Source: Sphagnum compactum
Taxonomy: Eukaryota
NCBI GenBank assembly: GCA_965153455.1
Contig: OZ234493.1
Span: 14,808,213-14,872,212, forward strand
Length of the DNA: 64,000 bases
Reading direction: 5' to 3'
The translations under genes were made by a program, and so were the position numbers. The notes beneath the pieces are model-generated. The model searched no databases, was not told the DNA's origin, and saw only the letters and a list, made by a program, of their open reading frames with translations. Within the stretch, counting starts at the first letter, position 1, and every line of letters starts with the position of its first letter. Shown here in pieces: positions 39,850 to 51,107 of the stretch.

Positions 39850-42800
39850 TCAATAACTTTTGCCATCATTCAGAGTGCATCTATCTCTCACTTAAATGGC
39901 CAAGTTGAGCATGTATGTTTTCCACCAATAGCTTTCTCTCTTCAAGCTTGGGTACGAAGAAGCCTTTGTACTATAATTCAACCTCTTCTTTATCACAAAG
40001 TCTGATGATTTACCCCAAATCAACTTGTTGTACTTATTTAATGTCAAGTTAACACATCTCATCTTTCTCCATTCTTCTTCCTTTCCTATTGCAGAGAGAA
40101 TCATCACCTTCATATCTAATATTTCAGCTTGAAAGTCCTCATCCTCTTTAGGCATTCCAACAAGATTCCTACTTAATGTGTCAACATTTGTGTGTTTGCC
40201 TCCTACCTTGTGGATCATCTTGAAACTAAAGTCTTGGAGCATATTCACCAAGCATCCCCTCCACTCAAGTGGCTTGTGGTACATGCACAAAATAAAATAA
40301 ATGTGGTGTAGATATTGCCTATAGTGCATCACAACCTAGATCAATGCGTAACATTTTCCCTCCATTGGGTGGTAGTTTTTTTGGCTCTCGGATAGGTCTT
40401 TACTTGCATAAGCCACAACCACTTCCTTTTTCCCACCTTGTTGACACAAAACAGCCCCCACTCCTTTGGTGGATTAGTCTACATCCAAAATGAACATCTT
40501 GGTGAAATCAAGTCCCACCAAGATTGGAGCTAACATCGGGCATTTCTTCAACTCCTCAAAAGCCAATTGACAAGCCTTACTCCTGACAAAAGACACTTTG
40601 ACAATTACTTTGAGCTGATGCATGTTTGTTTGTTTTAGCTCAAACAAAGATGCACAAAGTATTAGCTCAAACAAAGGTCCTACCACATGAGCTTAACCTT
40701 TAATAAAATTCTTGTTGTAACCTGTGAACCGTAGGAATGCCCCTCATGTTCGTTGGAGTTGTAGGGATTGGAAAGCATTGTATTACCACCATTATGCTTG
40801 GATCAAACCAAATTCCAACAACATCATCTAAGTGGCCCAAAAACACAATGTCAAAAGCTCCAAACTTACACTTGGAAAGGTTAAGCCTCATGTTCACCTC
40901 TTTTCATTGACTTAATACCCTGCATAGATGTGGTAGATGCTCCTTCCAAAATCTAGTCCAAGCATGGATGTTGATGTCATCTACAAAAACCTTCACAAAA
41001 CTATCAAGCTCATCTTTGGAAATTTCATTCATCACCTTGGAAAAGGTGCCAATGGCATTTTTTAGGCCAAATGGCATCACTAGCCATTCAAAAAGTCCAT
41101 TCTTGGTGATCACTATTGTTTTCTTTATATACTCTAGAACCATTCTAAACTGCTAGAAGCCAGGATACAGATCATGAGCTGAAAATGTTGTGGATTTTCC
41201 CAACTGTGCTAAAACATCTTTTATTAAAGGCAAAGGGTATATATGAATCATGCCTTGTTTGTTGATTTAAAGGTGTGTAGTCTCCACAAAACCTTATGGG
41301 TCCATCCCACTTTGTTGGTAATGTCACCTTGCAGGCATATTCCAAATGATTAACACACATCCTCCCAATTTGCACCAAAGCTTCAATCTGCATTTTAACC
41401 TCCCCTTCTTCCCAATTTTTGAGAGATGGTTGGGTATAATGTGACGTGGAAAGAAGCCTTACATGTCAATGGAATAGTCTCCAATTAGGCAACATCCAAG
41501 CTCTCCCTTATTCCATGCAAAGACATCATACTATCCCCTCAACAACTCCCACAGTTCATCAACTTTCTGCATATCCATTTTAGGGCTTACTTGAATTTTC
41601 CTTCTTATGTCCTACCACCATACTTCTTGCTTGCTTGTATCTTCAGGCGTTTTCATTCCTATTGCTGTAACTCCTTCCGTCAATGCCCAGGTAATTAAAG
41701 TAACTTTGATTATGGATTCACCATGCTTCTACTTCAGCTCTTGCATCTTGCATTTTTCTTCCTCCGTAACCCAACTAATCTACTCTGAGAAGTCATCCTC
41801 CTCTTCTTCAAATGTTTCTTAGATCTTTTTTTGTTGGTCTTGCAGTAATACACCAAATGATTGCTCTAATCTCTTTGTTTTGATCAAGGCATCAAACTTT
41901 TCATCCTACATCTCCTCCTCCATCTGTCTTGAGTCCAAAAAAAAGCTCTTCATTAAGGGGTCCTTTCTGTGGTTCAATAGCTTCTCTTATGAATTTTTTT
42001 GAAAGAAGATGCCTTTGATCTAAGTTCGTTTCTTTTGTCACCAACTTTTTCAAGGGCATTTGTTTTTGTTTTACTATTGCCACCTTTTTTAAGAATGCCC
42101 TTAGGTACATTTGATCCTTTTTCACCTCCTTAGCTTCATATAAGAAATCACCCAAATACAATTATTGTTTCTACAAATGGACATTCTTTTTTCACAAATC
42201 CCATTCCTTTTGCAAAAATTGCCAGAGGTAATTGTCTTTGTTATGTCCCATCTAACAACTTCCCTGGACATTAGCTCCCCTTCCTCCTTTCATCCTTTTT
42301 ATAAAAACCTTCCTAAAGCATATACCTCTCTCCTTCTTAGGCAATTCCTGCTACAAAATTTTCTAGAAACAAATGCCTTCTTCCCACATCTTTGGCTGTT
42401 CTTGAGAAAAATTCTAGAGACAATTGCTTCTATTCCCTCCCAACCTCATGACTTCATGATTCCTTCAAAGACAAATGATGGATCCCCCATAGCTAATGTT
42501 TTGTCCTTGCCTCTTGTTCCAACTGTTGCCATTCTCTAGTTTTGACACTTTCATGTACATTCAACAATCCAAATCGTTCACATCCCTCCCAATCATTAGA
42601 ACTCGCATCGACTTTTTCTTCAATCTCACTTTCACTTTCTTCACACATTATAAACATGGGGATTATTGTTATTCTAGATTCATTCCACTACATCCCCAAT
42701 TTTCATTAGACAGTCCAAACCCATCAATAGGTTGTACCCATCAGTGTCTAAACCCATGAACGTCATGAAACATTTAGTCCCACCCCTTTTCACATGTAAA

Positions 42801-44833
42801 TTCTCAACTCTACTCATTGCTTATGTGATTATGCCTAACACAGACTTGTAGTTTTTAGAGCCCACCACCAAATGCATCATCCTAGTTCCCTTATTGTGCG
42901 AGTTAAAATCACACACACAAAAGCCCTTGCATCAACTAAACCATGTATTTGATGTTCATCAATCTCAACAGAGGTGAATGCTTCTCCCTTTTCCTTGTGA
43001 TTCAAACATGTTACCTCCTTGTGCAACTTACTAGGTTTCCCCACAATTTGCACTTTTGTTTGCCTTGTTTCATTATTTTTCCTTCTTCCTAGTTTGACCA
43101 AACCCTCCAAGTACTCCAATTCTTCAGGAATTGTTATTATCATCTCCATTGGGGAAAATGAGATCCTCCCCTTCATGAAATGCATAAGAATTTTTGACCT
43201 CATAATTGTACCTTGATTTGTAACTTAGTTTTAATTCTTAAATATATATTTTTAATATGTCTCCTTTTTCTTAGGAGGGGTGTGACCTGGATCTGTGTTA
43301 GCATAAACTTTTGATGACTAAGCCCTAACCAGAAGAAGTGATGAGATAGCCCTAACAAATGAAGTACTAGGTTGATGGATGTATTGGCAAAAAATGCCAA
43401 GAGAGAGGATGGTTGGCGATCATTCATGTTAAAGGGGTTGCATTTTGCTTCTTGATGTCTTCACTATTTTTTGTTTTTTTCTTGTTTGCAGGTTATGGAA
43501 TTTGGTGTGTTGTTTTTCATGGAATGTCAGCACCCAAATGTCGCAACCCTACTTTGAGAGAGTGTGAGGATGAGACTTACACTCCCGAAATGGGGACTTG
43601 GGAGTCCTCCGGGACTCCCAAAATTTCAGAGTTCGATTGCAGGGGTCAAAACACCTCACATTGGGGTGTTCTTTATATCATTGGAAAGCTATCCAAGTGT
43701 AAATGTCAAAAATGGGCTTGCATGGGCCATTTGAACATCTGCAGCACAAGTTATGGCAAAAAGAAGGGCCGGGAGTCAAATTGGCAATTTGACTCCCGGC
43801 CACTAAAAGTCAGGAATCGACCCGACCCCAGTGCGTGCAGGTGTAGTGCGACATACCGTTGGAAAGCTCTCGAGGAGAGCTACAAGTTTGCTTTAGACCT
43901 CATCTCAATCGAAGGTCTGAGCAAGGAGTTATGATCTTTCAAAGTCCCGAGAGTCCAAACCTGGACAATTTTGGGACTCCTCCTTGGGAGTCTCGGGACA
44001 AAAAGCCATTCGGATGTGCATACCGCAGAGAGGCACAGAGAATATTATATGGGGGAAGGTGGTGGCTTCCCTCGAGTCTGGGCCATGGTGAGTCTTGTGA
44101 GTCCAGAGTTGCCCATGGCTTGTCCTAACACTAAAGGTGCTCCAGAAAGTGAACTAACCAACTTGTTGGTTGGTTTAATGCAGGTTCGAGTAAGTAACTA
44201 AAGCTTGTAACTCTTCTTAGTCCCATCCCGGAGCTTCAACACGCCCCACTACCCCTTTTAGTGTTGAGGGCTGGGAGCGTGCCCCGAGTTCCTCACCATT
44301 CCGTTGTTTGAGTAACTCAGACCCATCTTGAATCTAACTAGGAACTTGGGAGCGCGTCGTCTTTGCTATTTTTTGTTTTTTTTGTTGTTCGCAAGTTATA
44401 GAATTTGGTGTGTTGTTCTTCATGGAATGTCAACACCCAAATTAGAAGCTGGTGGTGGAGTGTTGCTTGCTGGATTTTCTTTGTTGGTGTGATGTAGGAT
44501 TTGCTAGAGGGAATAAAGAAGGCACTTGGTGAAGGAACAAGACAAATACCTAGCGATGAGAAAAGCTAAACACTCTGGTTTTCTCGCCTCCACATGTGAC
44601 ACATGGCTATTTTCTCACGAATGCCATGGCTGAGTTGCAGGAAAATTAGGGTTTCCACTATTTGGGGGCCCCAACAACATGTGAGCCCCAAAATAGGTCA
44701 GAAGGTATTGGGATTTGTCAAGCCCTAAGGGTCTTTTTGTGTGAGTAAAGCCCTAGGCATGGGACGATCTGAAAAATAAGGGGCCTAGGATGAGGTGGTA
44801 ATCAAGTCTGGCCCCATATTGGGGGAATGTACA
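39850..44833 (-). mobile_element. Degenerate, 3'-truncated Ty3/gypsy LTR retrotransposon
   Basis: Order on the minus strand: putative 5' LTR 44833-44595 (TGTACA...TCACA) with a PBS-like TGGAGGCG after it, gag-like region, protease (GLVDARAFVCVI), RT (RFCGDY..LNQQT; GLFEWLVMPFGLKNA; VFVDDINI), RNase H (FILDVD; HKPLEW; HTNVDTLSR), integrase start (YWW). Many stops and frameshifts. Confidence 0.88.
43539..44359 (+). mobile_element. ~820-bp solo-LTR-like insertion nested in the gypsy element
   Basis: GC-richer, less decayed block starting TGTCGCAACCC and ending GGGAGCGCGTCG (a TG...CA-like end with a substitution). Flanked by an ~81-bp direct duplication. Confidence 0.65.
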
Positions 44834-45082
44834 ATGTACCCCCCTGTGAGGCCTTAACCATTGTAAAGCAAAAGGTGAACTTTATACGACGATAGAATTG
44901 TAGAAACAATGTCAAACTGGCTAAATTTGCAGCAATATTCCTTCCATCAGAAGTGCTTTCCAATTTGCAATTCAGGAAATTTCTTCAATGCACCTTGGTT
45001 GCAATGAGCTCACATTACGCCCCCTTTCCAGAAGCCGGAACTCCAAAAATCATAATCCTCTTAAAAGACTGATCAATATCAA

Positions 45083-47335
45083 TCAATCCTTGGTTGAGTT
45101 CTGGGGGCAGGTTTTCAGGAAATTGAGGATGATGCGGTTATATTCCTTGGGATTCTCAATTTGAGGTATGTGCCCACAATTCTTCATCACAACCAACTTT
45201 GTTCTGCTTGTACCTAAGTGTCTGCACAGTTAATGCCTAAGTTAATGCCCTGGTCGCAAGGGCACTCCTGAAATATGTGCCCTTCCTTGGCTGTGTGCAG
45301 AATATCAAAAGGGCCATACTGGTACATGACTCCAACCTCAAGCCAAATTGTTAAAAAATGTTTCAACCATAGGCCAAAGTGCTCAAAAAATTCTAATCCT
45401 AGGCCAAAGTGTCCAAAAAAGATTTTAACATTGAACCACATTCTCTAAATATATTCCAACTTTGAGCCAATATGCATATGCAAAATTTAGTTTTGTCTTG
45501 GGGTAAACTTTCTTGACATGAGGTCTAACAATAAGCCAATATACGTGTATTATTATTATTTTAAATGTGTATTTGCATCAAATACACAAAAATTCTTGGT
45601 CCAATGGCTTAGGGCTATTACAATTTGACCCAAGGTCATTGTCTTAAGGGCATAGGACAATTGTCTTAAGGGTGTAGGACATTTACCTTAAGGGCGTGGG
45701 ACATTTGTTTTGAGAATGGATGACATTTGGCTTAAGAGAGCAAGACATTTGTCCTAGGGGTGTGAAACATTTGTCTTAAGGGTGCCAAAACATTTGTCCT
45801 AATGTTGGTCTACCCAACATACTGACTTTCATGTGAGAAGAGCACCCGGGATGGTGGGCAGTGACAAAAAAAAGTTTTTTCACCTTCATAATATGCTCGA
45901 ACTTACTGGACAAAAGAAATTCTCAAACTGCCCAAAATTTCTAAAACATGAGAACATTTTCAGAATGCCCCAAAAATTTGGGCATAAATGAAACTATCTT
46001 CAACATTAATAAGGTGCCGGTTATTATTGAGCAAAATGAGAATTCCCAAAATGCCAATAAATTTCAAGCATCCAGATTTTTCAGAGTGCCCAATATATTT
46101 TGGGCAGAAATGATAAAAATCAGCATTTATAACTTTCTAAAGCAAGCTAAAATTTCCAAAATTGCCTGAAATTTTTTCAAGCATCTTAAAAAAAAAATCT
46201 CATGAATATTTCCGAGCATAGGATTTGTTGATTTCCCAAATTCTTCAGCAAAAATGAAAAAAAATCAACCTATATAATCTGCCCAAAATATATTGGGCAG
46301 AATAAAGATTCTCAAACTAATGAATATTTTTCAAGCATTTTGAAAAATGTTTTTCAGGAATTTTTTAGAATGCCCAATTTAAAACCTAATTGTAAGCCTC
46401 AGTGCTAAATTTTTGTTACTCTTAAGTCAAAACAATAAAAAGATTCTAACCCAAGCCAAAATGGCAATTCTTTAAAATCCTAAGTCAAAATAATAAAAAG
46501 ATTCTAATCCTTAGGCCTAAATAGATTTTAACCTTTAGGCCCAAATAGATTTATCTTTAGGCCTAAAAAGATTTTAAACTTAAACCAAAATATTAAAAAC
46601 CTTCTAACCTTAAACTTAACTATTAAAAGAATTCCAACCTTAGGCTTAAACATTAAAAATATTTTAATCCTAAACCAAAGTATTGATATATTTTTTAACT
46701 ATAGGTTAAATTATTTTTAAAATAATTAACCTTAAGTCATAATTCTCACAGGAGCAGGGCGAGCCTTTTCGGCTGGAGTGGTCCTCTCTCAGCACTCTTG
46801 TTTTCAATTTCACTGAAACTTTTAGGGTTTAAAATAGCTTCCAAGTTGTCTGCACATCCTCTCATTGTGGATTCTTCTTTTTCACCCAAATTCTCATATA
46901 GGAGTGGTATTTTGTTTTCTTAGGATTAAAAAATTGAAAATAAGAAAATCCTGATGTACATGATGATGATGACTTTAAGAAAGTTCAAAGTCTTGAAACA
47001 ACCAATTTTCTCAATTGGATTTTTCAGGTTTGTGATAATGGATGATGATGAGTTAAACTCACTTGGAGCATATCGTGAAGAATGAAATTCAGGAGCCACA
47101 TTGCTTTGTATGTCACATTTGCAAGGAAGACCTTCATTCCCTTGACTGAAGATGGCAACATGAGCTCCGATATGCTGGACAGATTGCTCCTGGCAAGAAG
47201 CTCGTCCAAGCTAGTCGACACGAAATCCACCCCTGAGCTAGAAATCACCACTTTCTTCACAAAATTTGGATACATCTCTGCAATTCGAAATGCCACCATG
47301 CCACCATAGTTGGTTCCCACCAATTGTATATGGTT
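45083..47335 (-). pseudogene. Alpha/beta-hydrolase fragments (two exons)
   Basis: Exon 47335-47063 reads NHIQLVGTNYGGMVAFRIAEMYP...HDMLQ|gtgagt, with the nucleophile motif GxSYGG changed to GTNYGG. Last exon 45221-45083 reads RHLGTSRTKLVVMKNCGHIPQIENPKEYNRIILNFL...*, with the catalytic His motif. N-terminal and middle exons were not found. Confidence 0.8.
45638..45801. repeat. ~22-bp minisatellite, about 7 copies
   Basis: CATTTGTCTTAAGGGTGTAGGA-like units. Confidence 0.8.
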
Positions 47336-47616
47336 CTGAAAACCAATTTCGCCAGAGGAAAAAAAACTTTGAAATTTTGTTAACAAAAAACTTGAATTGA
47401 ATTTTCTTTAAATTAAAAAAAAAAAATGATTATGAAATGACCCACCTTTGTGATGAAGTTGTTTGGAAACACTAGAAAATCCTCACACTGAAATCCTGAC
47501 AAAAGCCTCAGAACTTCAAACCTTTCATAAAGTACACGCAAAACATGTTGAGAAAGAATTTCCAAGTTCTCTAATGGCATCTTCCAAGAATTCCAGGCAA
47601 GAATTGCCTTCTAGAA

Positions 47617-47773
47617 ACAAAATAGCAAGCCTATTGTCCACATCCGGAATGTCCATACCGGTAGACTCGGATCATCCGTATTGGGAACCGTTAGTCTCAC
47701 TTATTCCACTGGCGACTCGTCCACGTTCCCACCCTGTTCCAATGCTTTCAATCCCTCTAGTCCCTCCCCCGGA
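47617..47773 (-). pseudogene. Oligopeptide transporter (OPT family) N-terminal fragment
   Basis: My translation: [37 protein letters not shown], the conserved OPT motif SPxEEVRLTV..TDDP..P..TFRMW. Stop at 47701-47703, and the sequence is truncated after the motif. Confidence 0.85.
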
Positions 47774-47902
47774 CTGCACAAAACCAAAACCCACATCAAT
47801 CCATCTTCTTCTTCTTCTTCTTCTTGGCATCCCCCACTTTCCACAACAATCACAACAAAGGTGCAAATGGGTGTCACTAGCAGCAGTCAAGGAAAGACAT
47901 AC

Positions 47903-48535
47903 CCAGACTGGCAGCAGCAATGGGGTCCCGGTCAAATCGATCAAATATCACATCTACTGGTTGGCCAAGCCCTGTCTCTATGATTCTCACAACTGTCTCT
48001 GACTCAAATGGCGGCACTTGATCCTTCTCACAGGAAAAACAAACATCCAACCTTCAGCAAAAATAGAAAATTATTCCTTAAATCTCTCCTCCCTGATGAA
48101 GAGGAAGAAAAAGATCATGAAGAGAAAGATCATGTGGAGCAGTTGCAAAAAGACCATGAAGAGAACAACCATGCAGAGCTGCAGAGAAAAGCCTGAAGAG
48201 AAAGATCATGCAGAGCTGCAGAAAGATTGTGAAGAGAAAGATCATGCAGAGCTGCAGAAAGATTGTGAAGAGAAAGATGGTCATGCAGGGAAGCAGAAAA
48301 GATCATGGAGAGAGATCATGAGTTGCTGCTGCTACTACTGCAAAAAGATTGCAATTTGTACTACTGACCTACAGTTCTGCCAATTCATCGACATACTCCT
48401 GAGCAAGAATGTCAACACGGGTGGAGAATTGTTGCCCAATTTTGATGAAAGTTGGCCCCAATCGCAGCAACCCTTCCTTCACCCATTTCGCAAGCCTCTT
48501 CCTCTTCTCCTTTTTCTTCAGCTCTGTCATACCAC
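47903..48535 (-). pseudogene. ABC1K8: ABC1 atypical kinase (ABC1K8/OSA1-like) fragment: two consecutive exons and their intron
   Basis: Exon 48535-48369 reads GGMTELKKKEKRKRLAKWVKEGLLRLGPTFIKIGQQFSTRVDILAQEYVDELAEL*, with TAG where Q is expected. Exon 48023-47903 reads [41 protein letters not shown]|gt. Splice sites are canonical. Confidence 0.85.
48095..48320. repeat. 36-bp tandem repeats inside the captured ABC1K intron
   Basis: GAAGAGAAAGATCATGCAGAGCTGCAGAAAGATTGT repeated, with degenerate copies. Confidence 0.8.
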
Positions 48536-48983
48536 CTGCAAAACAACCTACAACCAAACTCTCCTCCTCCACCAATCTGCTGTTGCTGCTGTTGCTAATC
48601 CAAACTCTCTTCCTCCACCAATCTGTTGCTAATCCAAACTTCTCCTCCTCCACCAATCTGTTGCTGCTGCTGTTAATCCAAACTTCTCCTCCTCCACCAA
48701 TCTGCTGTTGCTGCCATTCGTCCTCCTCCTCTTCCATCATCTTCTTCTTCCGGGATGAAGAACTTGGATGGATGGATGACGCGACGGATGGATGCTGCTG
48801 CTGTTGCTAATCCAAACTTCTCCTCTTCCACCAATCTGCTGCTGCCATTCGTCCTCCTCCTCTTCCATCATCTTCTTCTTCCGGGATGAAGAACTTGGAT
48901 GGATGGATGACGGGACGGATGGATGGAAAGGACGACCGAACACCACCGCAAGAGGACAAAACCAAGGATATTATATAAGTAGA

Positions 48984-49775
48984 CTAGTGGGTACCCGTGA
49001 CCTTCAGACACTGTGAAGTCCCCCAAAAGTGAGTGGGGGGGGGGGGGGGGGGCGGGAGGGGCGAGCAAAAAGGGACAAAATTATCAAATATATTTGGTTG
49101 GTTTGAGTGTGTAGTCAAAGATATAGAAGCTTGATTACAGTTGTTTACTTCATATCCGGCTTTATAGCCAGTTTTGGCACAATCTTCTTGAGGAAGGTCG
49201 TCACATTTTTCTATGGAAGATTCCCACTGTGGCTACAAACAAAAAATCTTAGAAAAATAAAATAAAAAACAACACTGCTAGGAACGACCTGGGGTCGGTC
49301 CCTCCTGGCAACTACCTCCGTACTATGAGATAAATTGCCACATGATTGTCTCCTCCATTCCATGGATGGATGACAGGACCCCCACCCCCAATAGAAAAAA
49401 GAAAAAATTTCTCCCTTTCCCCCTCTCCCCAAAACCCAAAAAAGGAAAAAATTGGCTGCACTGATTGCATACCGAGCCTTCCTCAGTGCCTGCCTGAAAT
49501 TTTTATTATGGGCCAATACCCCTTCATAACTGGATGGATACCTATTGTGCTATAAATAGGGCAGAATGGGCAATTCCCTGAAACATTGGAGTTTTGCAAT
49601 TTAAGAAGGGCCCGCGCCCTCCCCCCCCCTCTTTGCCTTGGATGGATGAAGGGACGAATGGATGACGGGATGGACGACAGAACGGATGGATGATGGGATG
49701 GATGACGGGACGGATGGATGGAAAGGACGACCACCAACCACAACAGGACAAAACCTAAAATATTATATAAGTAGA
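48984..49775 (-). mobile_element. Short non-autonomous Helitron (792 bp)
   Basis: Minus strand: A|TCTACTTATATAATATTTTAGG at 49775. 3' end CTTCA-CAGTGTC-TGAAG hairpin then GTCACGGGTACCCACTAG|T (CTAG 48984-48987). Confidence 0.8.
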
Positions 49776-50145
49776 TATATACAGGTCTCTGTTGTTTGTA
49801 CCAAACATCTGGAAATCTCAATTCATATGACTGAAATATAGAAAGAGATACTCAGCCTGTTGCGGCGGTGGCTCCACCCATAAACCTGAATCCTTAACAT
49901 CAGGAGTAATCTGAACCGCACGCTGGGGATGGCGTGTCACTTAAGGAAAATATGTTTGAAATTTCCACACTGAGCCACAACAGACGTCCTCTTCTGGTAG
50001 CAGCTGTGTAGCTTGACTTTCAGTTCATGGAGCCCTAAAACCTTTCACTGAAAATTATGTATCAAAGGGGCAACCTTCCCAACCACAATTTCTGGCTCTT
50101 GGATATTTTTCATTATCCCCGTAGAGAGGGGAGATTATTGACACA

Positions 50146-50577
50146 TCTATCTATGAAGGAAGGTAGTTTGTTTTGTGGTTATGAGATCCACCAAACCGGG
50201 ATGCTTCAGATTGTGTTCTTGATGTCTTTGGGAAGCTCTCGACGAGGAGGGGTGCATGCGCTTGGTTCCATGACATTTGGACTTGCTGTGCAATAGTTCT
50301 TGAATAATGAATGATTTCTGCACTGAAAATTAAATTAAATCAGAGCTGAAAATTTCAGAGGAATTGGAATGTGCCTTTGGTGTTGTTGGAAAGAAAGATC
50401 TTGACGAGCAGGATTTAATGAATTTTTTTGGGTAAGATTTGGATTCAGAATGTGGGAGATATTGGTTTTTAAGTGATTTCGGATGAAAATTGAAATAAAT
50501 TCCAAAAAACCAGGTTTTGGAAGGAAGAATCAGTTGTGGATGTGATAACACTTGCGCCAATGGCACAGCCACACTAG
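50146..50577 (+). mobile_element. Short non-autonomous Helitron
   Basis: A|TCTATCTATGAAGG 5' end; 3' TGGC-ACA-GCCA hairpin then CACTAG|T. Confidence 0.7.
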
Positions 50578-50760
50578 TCCTCATGATGGGAGAGATTTGT
50601 TGCAAAGTGACCTGCAACATTCATTTGAATGTGTTTGGGCCATCCTTATAATAGTGCACCTCAATTTTTACAAAGAGGAGACACTCCTGTCTTTTTGGCT
50701 TGCACCATAGGCTTTGCCCTCAATTCATGGGACATTAAAAGGCACTAATAGCAGTGCCTC

Positions 50761-51107
50761 TCCCTATACGTGAAAACCTGGGTGTTTGTTTTAGTGTAGT
50801 TGTAGGGCACCTTACAAGGTGTAATATGTGGTTCGACAGTGATGGGTGTTTTGACAAATAAAATGCCTGCTCTACAGGCATTTTGTTTTCTGAAATGCTC
50901 ATCCTTGTTATCTCCTACCTAGTATCTGACAGGTACCTACAAGGTATTGTGAGAATTGTTTTTTGTGAAAAAATCTAGTGTGCCAATTTTTATGCCATTT
51001 GAAGCCCTTGAGGGCAACCTTTACAGGAATGTGGCCTACAGTCAGGTCCATCTCACAGGCCCTTATTCCGGTAATGCCCGCCCACCCAGGGCTTTAGCCT
51101 ACACTAG
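50761..51107 (+). mobile_element. Probable short non-autonomous Helitron
   Basis: TCCCTATACGTGAAAAC 5'-like end, although the preceding base is C rather than A. 3' GGCT-TT-AGCC hairpin then TACACTAG|T. Confidence 0.5.

Larger units (their letters stand above)
47063..48983 (-). mobile_element. Helitron 5' end followed by multi-gene cargo; 3' end not located
   Basis: 5' terminus TCTACTTATATAATAT...GGTTTTGTCCT at 48983 is nearly identical to the one at 49775. CCATCC-rich subterminal block, duplicated at 48690-48925, is followed by co-oriented gene fragments. The lower coordinate is a minimum estimate. Confidence 0.65.

Noticed and set aside
43413-44201. 173-aa and overlapping ORFs
   Set aside because: They lie within the LTR-like repeat and have no recognisable domain.
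45638-45801. CRISPR-like short repeats (also the arrays at 6.3 kb and 58.8 kb)
   Set aside because: Contiguous tandem units without unique spacers, no cas genes, and a eukaryotic context.
46741-46790. AGCCGAAAAGGCT hairpin as the 3' end of the cargo Helitron
   Set aside because: No CTRR|T follows at the expected distance on the minus strand.
47463-48810. Plus-strand ORFs of 179, 204 and 133 aa
   Set aside because: Antisense shadows of captured exons and of simple tandem repeats.
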